64,000 nt of DNA from a bacterium (GTDB taxonomy: Bacteria; Bacteroidota; Bacteroidia; NS11-12g; UBA955), in the NCBI GenBank assembly GCA_029945665.1, contig JAQSCZ010000100.1:10584-74583 (forward strand), given 5' to 3'. The position numbers and the translations under genes were made by a program. Below are positions 36,419 to 45,617 of the stretch, piece by piece; position 1 is the stretch's first letter, and each line of letters starts with the position of its first letter. The notes beneath the pieces were generated by a model. The model searched no databases and was not told where the DNA came from. It saw only the letters and a program-made list of their open reading frames with translations.

Positions 36419-37534
36419 TTGGCAAAAGTAATAATTAAAACTTACCCCAACAAACAAGTGCGAATAAACCATCTATCTTTATACAATTTTAAGAATCACG
36501 CGGAAATAAAAATCGACTTTAAAGCCGATATTACCTGCATAACAGGCAAAAATGGAATAGGCAAAACAAATATTTTAGATGCCGTTTACCTGCTGAGTAC
36601 TTGCAAAAGTTATTACAATGCCATTGACTATCAGTTAATAAAACACGGTGAGACAATATGTGCCATCAATGCCGATTTTTCAAATGGGCAACAATATGAT
36701 TTGCAAATGCAGATTGAAAATGGCAAAAAGAAAAAATTAAAAAAAAATGATAAATTTTACGAAAAGTTAATTGACCACATAGGTTTGATTAATGCCGTTA
36801 TAATAACACCAGGTGATATAGAACTGGTATTGGGCCTTAGTGAAGACCGCAGGCGATATATCGATATTTGTATTAGCCAGTGCGATCGCGTTTATTTAAA
36901 TTGTTTAAGCGAATACAACAAAGTGTTGGATCAACGCAACAGACAATTGAAATTATTTGCCCAACACAGACATTTTGATGAAATACTTTTGGATAGTTTT
37001 AACGCAAAATTGATTCCAGCAGGAAAATACATATTTGATAAAAGAGTCGAAGTACTTTCTAAAATCAACGGATATTTTAATGAATATTATCAGACCATTA
37101 CTTCGGGAAGCGAAAATGTATCCTTGCGTTATGATTCAGATTTGTTACATCAAAACTTTGAACAATTACTCAGAGAGAATACTGATAAAGACTTAGCCTT
37201 AGAGCGCACTTCAAAAGGTTTGCACAAGGATGATTTAGTTTTTGAAATCAATGGATATCCACTCAAAAAATTTGGATCAGAAGGTCAAAGTAAATCATTT
37301 ATAATTGCTTTAAAATTGGCGCAATACAGGTACTTAACAGAAGTTTTAAATACTCCACCTATCCTATTATTGGATGACTTATTTGAAAAGATAGATGAGC
37401 AAAGGGCTCAACAATTGATTGATTTAATTTCCACCGACAAATTTGGTCAAATACTCATTACTGATACCCATGAAGAAAGGGTGAGAAAACATTTTGAAAA
37501 TGCTTTAAAAAGTATCAACTTCGTAGGATTGTAA
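36419..37534 (+). CDS. recF: DNA replication and repair protein RecF
   Basis: LSLYNFKNH and Walker A GKNGIGKTNILDA are present, with LLLDD near the C-terminus. The start is uncertain: TTG 36419 or GTG 36458 (VRINHLSLYNFKN). Confidence 0.88.
   Translation: MAKVIIKTYPNKQVRINHLSLYNFKNHAEIKIDFKADITCITGKNGIGKTNILDAVYLLSTCKSYYNAIDYQLIKHGETICAINADFSNGQQYDLQMQIENGKKKKLKKNDKFYEKLIDHIGLINAVIITPGDIELVLGLSEDRRRYIDICISQCDRVYLNCLSEYNKVLDQRNRQLKLFAQHRHFDEILLDSFNAKLIPAGKYIFDKRVEVLSKINGYFNEYYQTITSGSENVSLRYDSDLLHQNFEQLLRENTDKDLALERTSKGLHKDDLVFEINGYPLKKFGSEGQSKSFIIALKLAQYRYLTEVLNTPPILLLDDLFEKIDEQRAQQLIDLISTDKFGQILITDTHEERVRKHFENALKSINFVGL
36423..36430 (-). promoter_or_regulatory. Candidate -7 box TACTTTTG for pdhA
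   Basis: Exact TAnnTTTG on the minus strand, 19 nt upstream of ATG 36403. Confidence 0.45.
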
Positions 37535-37549
37535 TTGACTACCTTTTCC

Positions 37550-37846
37550 ATGAGCAACAAACCCAACCACCAATTTACTATTGCAGAGGCCCTTCAAAAT
37601 TTGATGAGTGACAAACGCATCAACAAAGGTATCACAGAAAGTACCATTAAAGAAAAATGGGAAGAAATGATGGGTAAGGTAATCGCACAACATACTTCTA
37701 CCATGTACATGAAGGGTACTGATTTGGTTTTGTATTTTAATTCTTCCATTATAAAAAATGAATTTATTTACAACAGAGAAAAAGCTGTTACACTAATTAA
37801 TGACATGATGGGTTATAACGCCATAACAGATATCATTATTAAATAA
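37550..37846 (+). CDS. DUF721 domain protein (recF-associated)
   Basis: ATG 37550. W..MMGKVIAQHT and the position directly after recF are typical of DUF721. Confidence 0.6.
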   Translation: MSNKPNHQFTIAEALQNLMSDKRINKGITESTIKEKWEEMMGKVIAQHTSTMYMKGTDLVLYFNSSIIKNEFIYNREKAVTLINDMMGYNAITDIIIK

Positions 37847-37858
37847 ATTTTACACTTT

Positions 37859-38500
37859 ATGGCCGATTTGAAACTTAAACCTTTGAATGCTGGATGGCTA
37901 TTGGTTATTGTATATGGCGTTGGCTTGGCAGGGTTCTTTTTTAGTGAAACCCAGCCGATAATGAACCAACTGGTTTGGGTGAATATACTTTTTACTTTTG
38001 TCACACTTTTTTGTTACCATAAAAAATGGACAAAAGAATTTGTTTTTGCTGGATTAATGGTTGCGTTGATTGGTTTTTTATTAGAGGTAATAGGCGTTAA
38101 AACAGGTTATATATTTGGCTATTACCAATATGGACCGGCGCTTGGCTATTCATTGTGGGATACCCCAATCATGATGATGGTCAATTGGATTACTGTCATC
38201 TATATCACGCGACAAATTGCGGAAATGATCGCTAAAGACGCCTTTCTTGTAAGTTGTATTGCAGCAATATTAATGGTTGTAATGGATTATTTCATAGAAC
38301 CATTTGCTATTAAACATGGTTTATGGCACTGGAATAATGGACTAGTCCCTTTGCACAATTACGTTGGATGGTTGGTATCCGGAATCGTCATTCAATATTT
38401 ATATATACGCGCTATTAAGTATCCTCCCAATAAACTTTCTCTGCCTGTATATTTAATCCAATTGGCCTTTTTTATTGTACTCTATTTTTTGGGAATTTAA
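37859..38500 (+). CDS. Integral membrane protein, carotenoid-biosynthesis-protein-like (PF04240-like)
   Basis: 213 aa with about 7 TM segments. The HGLWHWNN motif resembles that family. This is a tentative call. Confidence 0.45.
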   Translation: MADLKLKPLNAGWLLVIVYGVGLAGFFFSETQPIMNQLVWVNILFTFVTLFCYHKKWTKEFVFAGLMVALIGFLLEVIGVKTGYIFGYYQYGPALGYSLWDTPIMMMVNWITVIYITRQIAEMIAKDAFLVSCIAAILMVVMDYFIEPFAIKHGLWHWNNGLVPLHNYVGWLVSGIVIQYLYIRAIKYPPNKLSLPVYLIQLAFFIVLYFLGI

Positions 38501-38662
38501 ACCAAAAATAAATTTAGTCAATCTGAAAAAATATTGAGTATTTCTTGGCATTATCAGAATTAGCAATAACTGCTAATTTAAGTAATAACTTTATTTGAAC
38601 AGCATGTAAAGCTGGAGTTTAATTATATGAGGATTTAACTTTAATACAAAAAATCAAGCTGC

Positions 38663-38699
38663 AAAAAAAAACGCCTTCAGAAAACCTGAAGGCGTTTTT
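38663..38699. terminator. Bidirectional rho-independent terminator
   Basis: ACGCCTTCAG / CTGAAGGCGT 10-bp stem flanked by an 8-A run and TTTT. It lies 17 nt past the stop of the minus-strand T9SS cargo gene. Confidence 0.8.
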
Positions 38700-38715
38700 A
38701 GTATCGTATTAATTA

Positions 38716-40020
38716 TTATTCTATCACTAATTTAGATGAAGACTGGAAACCTTCGCCAGCAACATTTACTAAATACATACCATTGCTTAATGCATTGGTT
38801 GAAATAACAATGTTGTTTTTACCATTGATAATTTCAGTATTCATTGTTTTTACAACTTTTCCTGACATATCAGTAAGTGTAACAATAGCGCTTGTAGATT
38901 TATTAGAGTTCATAGAAATCACCACTTGTGAGTTTGCTGCAGCAGGGTTAGGATATGCTTCAATTAAAGCAACTTCTTTGCTAGAATTTTTAACCGCTAA
39001 ATTGGCTGTGGTAACGTGGAATCTGAAATAAGGAAATCTGATAATTGGCAAGTTATTTCTTGTCCAAGAGTAACCGTACATTGTTGGGGTAGCCAGTGTA
39101 GAATATCTCACGAAGTCAACAACGAAAACACCATTGTTATAAATTCTTTGTGAATATTGGTTTCTATAAGTTCCAACTGTATCGGAAGGGTATGAACTTG
39201 GTCCAGAAGGATCTGTACAAGCTATATACTGGAATCTGTTGTGTTTGTTGCCAGAAAAATCCATGCCATTAAAACCAACGGTATCAAAAGGAAGTGTTGT
39301 TGGATAAGTAGAACCAGGTTGGTAATTAAAATAAATACCAAACCAGTTGTTACCACCTGTTGTATTACTACCGTTTATAATTTCATTACAAGCAAATTTC
39401 ATAGAACTGATGTTACCACCAACACTGCTATCTAGTATACCCAATGATTCAGTATGTAATTTTTTCACTGTAGTACCTGAAGGAATGTTATTTACTTTGT
39501 CATAAGCAACAGTTGCGAAAGGTTCATTGAAATAATGGTACATATCGCCACTTCTAAAAGAGTAAAAATTAACATTATCCAAAATATTAGGATCTAAATT
39601 TTTTCTAGTGTACAAATAGTTTAATTCAATTGAATCGACAACATACCTAGTGTATTTAGTGGTATTGTATGGAGAACCCGCATAAATAGGATTTCTTGGA
39701 TCGAAAATCATACCAGCACCCATTGTTTGAGGACCATTGAAACCATCTGTATATGCAAAATTGATAGCACTGTCAGCCCAAATTGCATTAACATTCAAAT
39801 TTCCTGAATTGAAATCTAATGGAAATGAATTGAATGCAGATGAAGCTTCTGCAGGGTCAAACCAACCAGCAGCAGCATCTCTTTTTATAGTTAGGTTACT
39901 CTTTTTAGATGTTTGAAACATTGAATTGTTTTTGGACTCCATCATAACAGTTGGAGTGGGCACTTGTGCACTTACTTTTAAGGCAAATAGCACTAGTACG
40001 GAGAATAATACTTTTTTCAT
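38716..40020 (-). CDS. T9SS-secreted protein of unknown function (type-A C-terminal sorting domain)
   Basis: Signal peptide MKKVLFSVLVLFALKVSAQ. The CTD is IEAYPNPAAANSQVVISM...GMYLVNVAG (nt 38719-38964). The N-terminal ~350 aa were not recognised. Confidence 0.8.
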   Translation of the reverse strand: MKKVLFSVLVLFALKVSAQVPTPTVMMESKNNSMFQTSKKSNLTIKRDAAAGWFDPAEASSAFNSFPLDFNSGNLNVNAIWADSAINFAYTDGFNGPQTMGAGMIFDPRNPIYAGSPYNTTKYTRYVVDSIELNYLYTRKNLDPNILDNVNFYSFRSGDMYHYFNEPFATVAYDKVNNIPSGTTVKKLHTESLGILDSSVGGNISSMKFACNEIINGSNTTGGNNWFGIYFNYQPGSTYPTTLPFDTVGFNGMDFSGNKHNRFQYIACTDPSGPSSYPSDTVGTYRNQYSQRIYNNGVFVVDFVRYSTLATPTMYGYSWTRNNLPIIRFPYFRFHVTTANLAVKNSSKEVALIEAYPNPAAANSQVVISMNSNKSTSAIVTLTDMSGKVVKTMNTEIINGKNNIVISTNALSNGMYLVNVAGEGFQSSSKLVIE

Positions 40021-40045
40021 GATATAAAATTTTATAATTAATTTT

Positions 40046-40053
40046 CAAAGGTA
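40046..40053 (-). promoter_or_regulatory. Candidate -7 box TACCTTTG for the 434-aa T9SS cargo gene
   Basis: Exact TAnnTTTG on the minus strand, 25 nt upstream of ATG 40020. Confidence 0.45.
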
Positions 40054-40107
40054 ATAAAAAAATGATAATTTATTTATACAAAATAAAAAAAAAATGTCAG
40101 TGGATGG

Positions 40108-40800
40108 TCATAAATCGCCACCCATGGGGCGTATTAAAATCTCCTCCATAACCATTCGCTTTCTGTTGGACAAGGCAAACCAGACTGTTTCTGCTATATC
40201 TGCAGGTTTCATAAACCTATTCTCAGGCAAATCGGTGCCCGACCAACTATCGGTTAAAGTAGCGCCAGGCAAAATACTCGAAACACTTATTTCATAGGGC
40301 ATGAGTTCTTGTCTCAAGACCTTAGAAAACCCCAATAAAGCATGTTTACTGATACAATAGCTACCTCCGTTAACATAAGGCACAATGCTGGCTGTAGAAC
40401 ACATGTTGAATATATAACCTGCTCTTTTTTTAATCATTAAAGGAACAATAGCCCTTGTCAAATAATAGGGTGCCGCAACATTTAATTGCATTTGCAATTC
40501 AAAATTACCATCAGCTTCTCCGTGAATAGTGCCTGGTAAAAAAACACCGGCATTATTCACAAGTACATCAATTTCACTAGTCAGAGACTTAACTTTTTTC
40601 GAAAATATTTCCACATTTTCCTGACTACTAAAATCTAATAAGGAAATATCGAGTTGCGTATCGAATTTTTGCTTTAACAGCGCGAGTTCTCCCTCACTTC
40701 TAGAGACTGTAAAAACCTTGTAATTTTCGTTTAATAATTTCTCTACAATCGCAAGGCCAATACCTTTCGAACCTCCTGTTACTATTGCATTTTTTTGCAT
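40108..40800 (-). CDS. SDR-family oxidoreductase
   Basis: TGGSKGIGLAI, NNAG and YCISKHAL (YxxxK) are present. Confidence 0.88.
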   Translation of the reverse strand: MQKNAIVTGGSKGIGLAIVEKLLNENYKVFTVSRSEGELALLKQKFDTQLDISLLDFSSQENVEIFSKKVKSLTSEIDVLVNNAGVFLPGTIHGEADGNFELQMQLNVAAPYYLTRAIVPLMIKKRAGYIFNMCSTASIVPYVNGGSYCISKHALLGFSKVLRQELMPYEISVSSILPGATLTDSWSGTDLPENRFMKPADIAETVWFALSNRKRMVMEEILIRPMGGDL

Positions 40801-40804
40801 GTTT

Positions 40805-40812
40805 CAAAAATA
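40805..40812 (-). promoter_or_regulatory. Candidate -7 box TATTTTTG only 4 nt from the SDR start codon
   Basis: The minus strand reads TATTTTTG-AAAC-ATG. Confidence 0.35.
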
Positions 40813-40852
40813 AGGTTCCTTTGCAGTATATTTACACCCTTTTTTAACATCA

Positions 40853-41596
40853 ATGAATTTAAGTTTCTTTTATCATTTTGGAAGGTATCTCATGTTTATA
40901 AGAAGCATGTTGTATAGACCCGAAAAAATGAATGTTTTTTTTCAACGTCTATTTGATGAGATGAGCAAAATAGGAATTGGGTCTTTGCCAATAGTTGCTA
41001 TTACCTCGCTATTTATAGGAGCAGTTACCACTGTTCAAACAGCTTACCAATTGGTGAGTGGGCTTATATCCAAAACCGTAATAGGCACAATTGTTTCGGA
41101 CAGCACGATGTTAGAGCTCGGGCCAACTATTACATGCCTTGTTTTATCAGGTAAAGTAGGTGCGCATATTTCCGCCGAAATAGGCAACATGCGCATAAGT
41201 GAGCAAATAGATGCACTTGAAGTAATGGGAATTAATGCACCTGGTTACTTAGCTCTACCTAAAATTCTAGCTGGTATTATTATGATTCCGGTTTTAAATA
41301 TTATTGCGATTACATTAAGTATTTACGGTGGGTATATGGCTGGGGAAATGTCGGGCATACTAACCCATGAACAGTTTGTTATAGGCGCACAGTCTTCCTT
41401 CAAAGGATTTACTTTAGTTTTCAGTATGATTAAGGCCTTTACCTTCGCTTTTATTATTACTTCGGTAAGTAGTTACCAAGGTTATTTTACTAAAGGTGGG
41501 GCACTTGAAGTAGGCGAAAGCAGCACGAAAGCGGTCGTTTACAGTTCGGTACTCATCTTGTTTTTTGATTATTTATTGGCCGAATTATTATTGTAA
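40853..41596 (+). CDS. mlaE: MlaE-family ABC permease
   Basis: IGIGSLPIVAITSLFIGAVTTVQTAYQL and MRISEQIDALEVMGINAPGYL are present. Confidence 0.88.
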   Translation: MNLSFFYHFGRYLMFIRSMLYRPEKMNVFFQRLFDEMSKIGIGSLPIVAITSLFIGAVTTVQTAYQLVSGLISKTVIGTIVSDSTMLELGPTITCLVLSGKVGAHISAEIGNMRISEQIDALEVMGINAPGYLALPKILAGIIMIPVLNIIAITLSIYGGYMAGEMSGILTHEQFVIGAQSSFKGFTLVFSMIKAFTFAFIITSVSSYQGYFTKGGALEVGESSTKAVVYSSVLILFFDYLLAELLL

Positions 41597-41606
41597 TAGA
41601 AAACAA

Positions 41607-42344
41607 ATGATTGAATTAAGAAACGTCAATAAGAGCTTTGAGGACAAGCAAGTCTTGTTTGATATAAATGCCCAATTCTTTAGCGGAAAAAACAACTTGA
41701 TAATAGGTGCAAGTGGCGGTGGCAAAAGTGTTATGATGAAATGCATGGTAGGCCTTGAACGACCAGAAAGTGGTCATATTGAATTTGACAAACGCGATAT
41801 GCTTTCCTTAGATGAGCAGGAATTAAGAGAGGTAAGGCGAGAAATTGGCATGTTATTTCAAAGCACAGCACTATTCGATTCCTTAACCATCGAACAAAAT
41901 ATTGCTTTTCCATTGCAAATGTTTAGCAATATGACGCCCGCAGAAAGACGCGATCGTGTGAACTTTTGCTTAAAACGTGTCAATCTTGAAAATATCAATA
42001 AAAAATTTCCAAGTGAAATTAGTGGAGGCATGAAAAAAAGAGTTGGCATTGCCCGTGCAATTGCTTTAGATATTAAATATTTATTTTGCGATGAGCCTAA
42101 CAGCGGCCTTGACCCCATTACCTCTCGACTGATTGATGCGCTTATTGATGAGATTACAAAAGAATATGGTATCACCAATATTATTAATAGCCATGACATG
42201 AAAACAGTATTTGACATTGGCGACCATATCTTATTTATGTATAGTGGCAAAGTGCGCTGGCAAGGGGGCAAGGAAGATTTGAGACAAGCCCAAAAAGAAA
42301 TTAAAGAATTAGACGAATTTATAAAAGCAAGTTATTTCCATTAA
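41607..42344 (+). CDS. mlaF: MlaF-like ABC transporter ATP-binding protein
   Basis: The ATG at 41607 gives MIELRNVNKSF. GASGGGKSV, ISGGMKKRVGIARA and LFCDEPNSGLDP are present. Confidence 0.88.
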   Translation: MIELRNVNKSFEDKQVLFDINAQFFSGKNNLIIGASGGGKSVMMKCMVGLERPESGHIEFDKRDMLSLDEQELREVRREIGMLFQSTALFDSLTIEQNIAFPLQMFSNMTPAERRDRVNFCLKRVNLENINKKFPSEISGGMKKRVGIARAIALDIKYLFCDEPNSGLDPITSRLIDALIDEITKEYGITNIINSHDMKTVFDIGDHILFMYSGKVRWQGGKEDLRQAQKEIKELDEFIKASYFH

Positions 42345-42349
42345 AAAAA

Positions 42350-44491
42350 ATGTTACAGTTAATTAAGAAAATAGTTCCCGTATTTGTATTTGCCATTTTA
42401 CTGCAGTCGCATAAAACTGACGAAGGCATGTTTCCCCTCAGTCAGTTGAATCAGGTGGATTTCAAAGCGGCAGGATTCAATATCTCGCAAAACGATGTTT
42501 ATAACCCAGATGGAGTGGCACTTACTGATGCCCTTGTTAGACTTGGAGGATGCACTGGTTCATTTGTTTCAAAAGATGGACTGATTGTAACGAATCACCA
42601 TTGTGTGTTTGGTTCTGTCGCTGGTGTTAGTAATAAAGACAATGATTATCTAGAAAACGGTTTTTATGCCGCTGACAAAACAAAGGAATTGAAAATTGGA
42701 TTAACTTGTCGCATTACGAAAAGTTATGAAGATGTGAGTTCAAAAGTATTAGATGGTGTAAATGCTGGGATGAAACCCGCCCGCAAAAATGAAATCATTG
42801 CTGAGAATATTGCAACCCTAAAAAGTATTGAAGAGGCTAAACACCCAGATATGGCAATAGAAATTAGCGAAATGTTTGTTGGATATAGCTATACTTTATT
42901 CAGATATCAAACCCTTAAAGATGTTCGACTAGTATATGTTCCGCCTCGTACCATTGGTGAGTTTGGTGGAGAAACAGACAATTGGGAATGGCCAAAACAT
43001 GCAGGTGATTTTAGTTTTGTAAGAGCTTATGTTGGAAAAGATGGCAAACCTGCGGATTATAGCATTGATAATATTCCATATACTCCCAAAAAACATTTAA
43101 CTGTTAATCCAAAGGGCACCAAAGAAAAAGACTTAGTCTTTATATTAGGATATCCAGGCACAACATACCGACATGAACCTTGGCAATTTTTAGAGTATCA
43201 ACAAGAGTTTGTGCTGCCTTTTATCAGCGAGTGGTATGGCTGGCGAATGAACAAAATGGAAGAATTGGGCAAAACAGACAGAAACCGTTATTTGAGATTA
43301 GCTGGCAATTTAAAAAGTCTTGCCAATACAAAGAAGAACTTTGAAGGCAAATTGTTTGGTCTTAAAGAAACAGGTTTATTAAACACTAAAAAAGATGAGC
43401 AGGAGAAATTACAGAATTTAATGGAAGGCAAACAAGATACCCGTTTCTTTACTATTATAGACAGTTTGTATAGTAAACGTTTGGCTACTGCACAACACGA
43501 TTTATTGTTAAACCGATTTAATATTGACTGTGGCACTTTTACCGCAGCTCTTATTATAGAAGCGAATAAATTAAGTAAGGAGAATTTACCAAAAGGTAAA
43601 TTACCTAAGTCCAGTGACAAGGTATTTTGGAACAAATGGAAAAGTGATGTAACCAAAATATTAAAAGAAAAATACCGCATCACTGATAGAGAATTAGATG
43701 AGGCAACCTTTGGCGAATTGGTAAGAAGGGGTCATAATCTACCCCAAGCTTCGCGAATAAATTCTCTTAAAAAGATAAAGAATCCAGCTCAATGGACTGT
43801 CAAAGCATTTAAAGAAAGTTACTACGACGAACCCGATAAGCTCTATAAAATGTTAGATAGTGTGCCTTGGATAGTCTATAAAAACAAATCTCAAATGAGT
43901 GTTTTAGCAGCTCAAATGCGTCCAGAACTCATACAGCTATCCGATTATCAAACTATACAAAATGAATTATTAGACGATCAATTGCCTTTACTTTTAGATG
44001 CAAAATTGAAATACGGAAAGAAAAAATTTGTACCAGATGCTAACAGCACTTTGCGCTTTACTTATGGTTATATTAGTGGCTATAAAGAGGGTTTGAATAA
44101 ACACAGAGAACCATATACCCATAGGAAAGAAATATTTGAAAAGAATGCAACTGACAATGTTGATTACCGATTATCGATTCCGGTGCGCGATCTTTTGAAA
44201 ACGGAAGTCATTGCTTCAGAATTACTCGACCCAGAGACCAATGATTTGGTAGTCTGTATGCTTTATAATTTAGACACAACAGGCGGCAATAGTGGCAGCC
44301 CTGTGATGGATGCGAATGGTCATTTGGTGGGCGTTAACTTCGACAGAGCGTATACCGCGACTTTGAATGATTACAGTTGGAATGCGGATTACAGCAGAAG
44401 TATTGCAGTAGACATTCGCTATGTATTATTTACCATGAAGTATTTGAACCATGCCGATAATTTGTTGCAGGAAATGGGTGTGAATCTATAG
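42350..44491 (+). CDS. S46-family dipeptidyl-peptidase (DPP7/DPP11-like)
   Basis: DEGMF is present near the N-terminus, with GGCTGSFVSKDGLIVTNHHC (catalytic His) and TTGGNSGSPVMDANGHLVG (catalytic Ser). Confidence 0.9.
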   Translation: MLQLIKKIVPVFVFAILLQSHKTDEGMFPLSQLNQVDFKAAGFNISQNDVYNPDGVALTDALVRLGGCTGSFVSKDGLIVTNHHCVFGSVAGVSNKDNDYLENGFYAADKTKELKIGLTCRITKSYEDVSSKVLDGVNAGMKPARKNEIIAENIATLKSIEEAKHPDMAIEISEMFVGYSYTLFRYQTLKDVRLVYVPPRTIGEFGGETDNWEWPKHAGDFSFVRAYVGKDGKPADYSIDNIPYTPKKHLTVNPKGTKEKDLVFILGYPGTTYRHEPWQFLEYQQEFVLPFISEWYGWRMNKMEELGKTDRNRYLRLAGNLKSLANTKKNFEGKLFGLKETGLLNTKKDEQEKLQNLMEGKQDTRFFTIIDSLYSKRLATAQHDLLLNRFNIDCGTFTAALIIEANKLSKENLPKGKLPKSSDKVFWNKWKSDVTKILKEKYRITDRELDEATFGELVRRGHNLPQASRINSLKKIKNPAQWTVKAFKESYYDEPDKLYKMLDSVPWIVYKNKSQMSVLAAQMRPELIQLSDYQTIQNELLDDQLPLLLDAKLKYGKKKFVPDANSTLRFTYGYISGYKEGLNKHREPYTHRKEIFEKNATDNVDYRLSIPVRDLLKTEVIASELLDPETNDLVVCMLYNLDTTGGNSGSPVMDANGHLVGVNFDRAYTATLNDYSWNADYSRSIAVDIRYVLFTMKYLNHADNLLQEMGVNL

Positions 44492-44500
44492 AAGTTAGAT

Positions 44501-44956
44501 TCAACTTTTAGTCATTGTGAATCCTGATATAACAGGCAAATTATAATAACAATTATAAGAAGTCTGGTATAAGGTATTGTCTGAATTTAATTCATGTTTA
44601 CTTAAATAATATTTTGTAGTAGTACTATCCTTATCAAAAACATTTACAATAAAGTACTTCTTATTGGCGTGTCCTATAATTTTAGTATCATTCCAACATA
44701 AACTATCGATAGTATCCACAATAATTATTTTACTTAATTCTTTATTCATCCTTTGTACCAAAAAATAAGTTCTTGTGTCGAGATAGATGTTCTTATTTAG
44801 TGCAAATTCATCGCTAATATAACCTTCAGATGACCTATTCGTCTCTCCATCTATCATAGAAGACAATCTAAAGGGAAGTGTAATTATGTAAAATCCAACA
44901 AACAATATCATCGTTATAAATAAAACCCCCATAACGATGTGTTTTGTGATTTTCAT
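44501..44956 (-). CDS. Hypothetical membrane-anchored protein
   Basis: 151 aa with a single N-terminal TM (IVMGVLFITMILFVGFYII). No family was recognised. Confidence 0.5.
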   Translation of the reverse strand: MKITKHIVMGVLFITMILFVGFYIITLPFRLSSMIDGETNRSSEGYISDEFALNKNIYLDTRTYFLVQRMNKELSKIIIVDTIDSLCWNDTKIIGHANKKYFIVNVFDKDSTTTKYYLSKHELNSDNTLYQTSYNCYYNLPVISGFTMTKS

Positions 44957-44982
44957 TGCTTATCTAAAACTGAAACTACATT

Positions 44983-45615
44983 TTAAATCGTATTATTCTC
45001 TCCAAATTTTTGCTGATAGTCGAGGCGCGACTTACGTATAACCTCATAAGCTTCTTCTCTACCATAAACACCTGCTATTTCAACAGTTGGCAGCTCGGCT
45101 CCAGGTATCGTCTTATAAGTTAAGAAATAATGTTTCAAACGGTTGATTAGTACATCAGGAACATCCGTTACATCTAGCCAGTTGGCGTATACCTCATCAC
45201 TTTTTAACACTGCTATAATTTTATCATCCGCTTCGCCCTTATCTATCATTCTAATTCCACCAATGGGAATTGCATGTAGTAAAAAATCTCCATTGGGAAT
45301 ATTCGGTTCGCATAGCACACAAATATCCAATGGGTCGCCATCGCCCTTTGCAATTGTTCTACCGGTTTGTTGAGAAGCAAATTCAGCGATTAAAGTTCCA
45401 CAATAAGTTTGAGGAATAAAACCATATAATGCTGGGGCAACATTCGAAAATTTTTGAGGTCGATCGATGATCAGGAAACCACTTTTTTTATCAATTTCGT
45501 ACTTAACGGTATCGCTTGGTACCACTTCTATGTAGGCAGTTACTTCTTTTGGCAAATTATCACCAGGACTAACGCCATGCCACGGATGGGCTTTAAATTG
45601 ATTAATATTTTGCAT
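44983..45615 (-). CDS. ppa: Inorganic diphosphatase (family I)
   Basis: YIEVVPSDTVKYEIDK and GDGDPLDICVL are present. Confidence 0.85.
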   Translation of the reverse strand: MQNINQFKAHPWHGVSPGDNLPKEVTAYIEVVPSDTVKYEIDKKSGFLIIDRPQKFSNVAPALYGFIPQTYCGTLIAEFASQQTGRTIAKGDGDPLDICVLCEPNIPNGDFLLHAIPIGGIRMIDKGEADDKIIAVLKSDEVYANWLDVTDVPDVLINRLKHYFLTYKTIPGAELPTVEIAGVYGREEAYEVIRKSRLDYQQKFGENNTI

Positions 45616-45617
45616 AC

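Noticed and set aside
36404-36472. The longest-ORF N-terminal extension of pdhA (MVYSHLFVGVSFNYYFCQSLIKN).
   Set aside because: The extension is not PdhA-like, it would overlap recF, and it contains the TACTTTTG promoter box. The ATG at 36403 gives a normal N-terminus.
38561-38579. The hairpin ATTAGCA-ATAAC-TGCTAAT in the 215-bp intergenic region after the carotenoid-like membrane protein gene.
   Set aside because: It is a 7-bp AT-rich stem with no T-run and no second copy, so it is indistinguishable from chance in this composition.
41565-41606. An N-terminal extension of mlaF overlapping the end of mlaE.
   Set aside because: The ATG at 41607 gives the canonical MIELRNV... start just after the mlaE stop.
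41858-42271. A 137-aa minus-strand ORF lies inside mlaF.
   Set aside because: It is antisense to a CDS with complete ABC ATPase motifs, and no recognisable features are present. This is a shadow ORF.
43288-43683. A 131-aa minus-strand ORF lies inside the S46 peptidase gene.
   Set aside because: It is antisense to a well-supported CDS, with a low-complexity translation. This is a shadow ORF.
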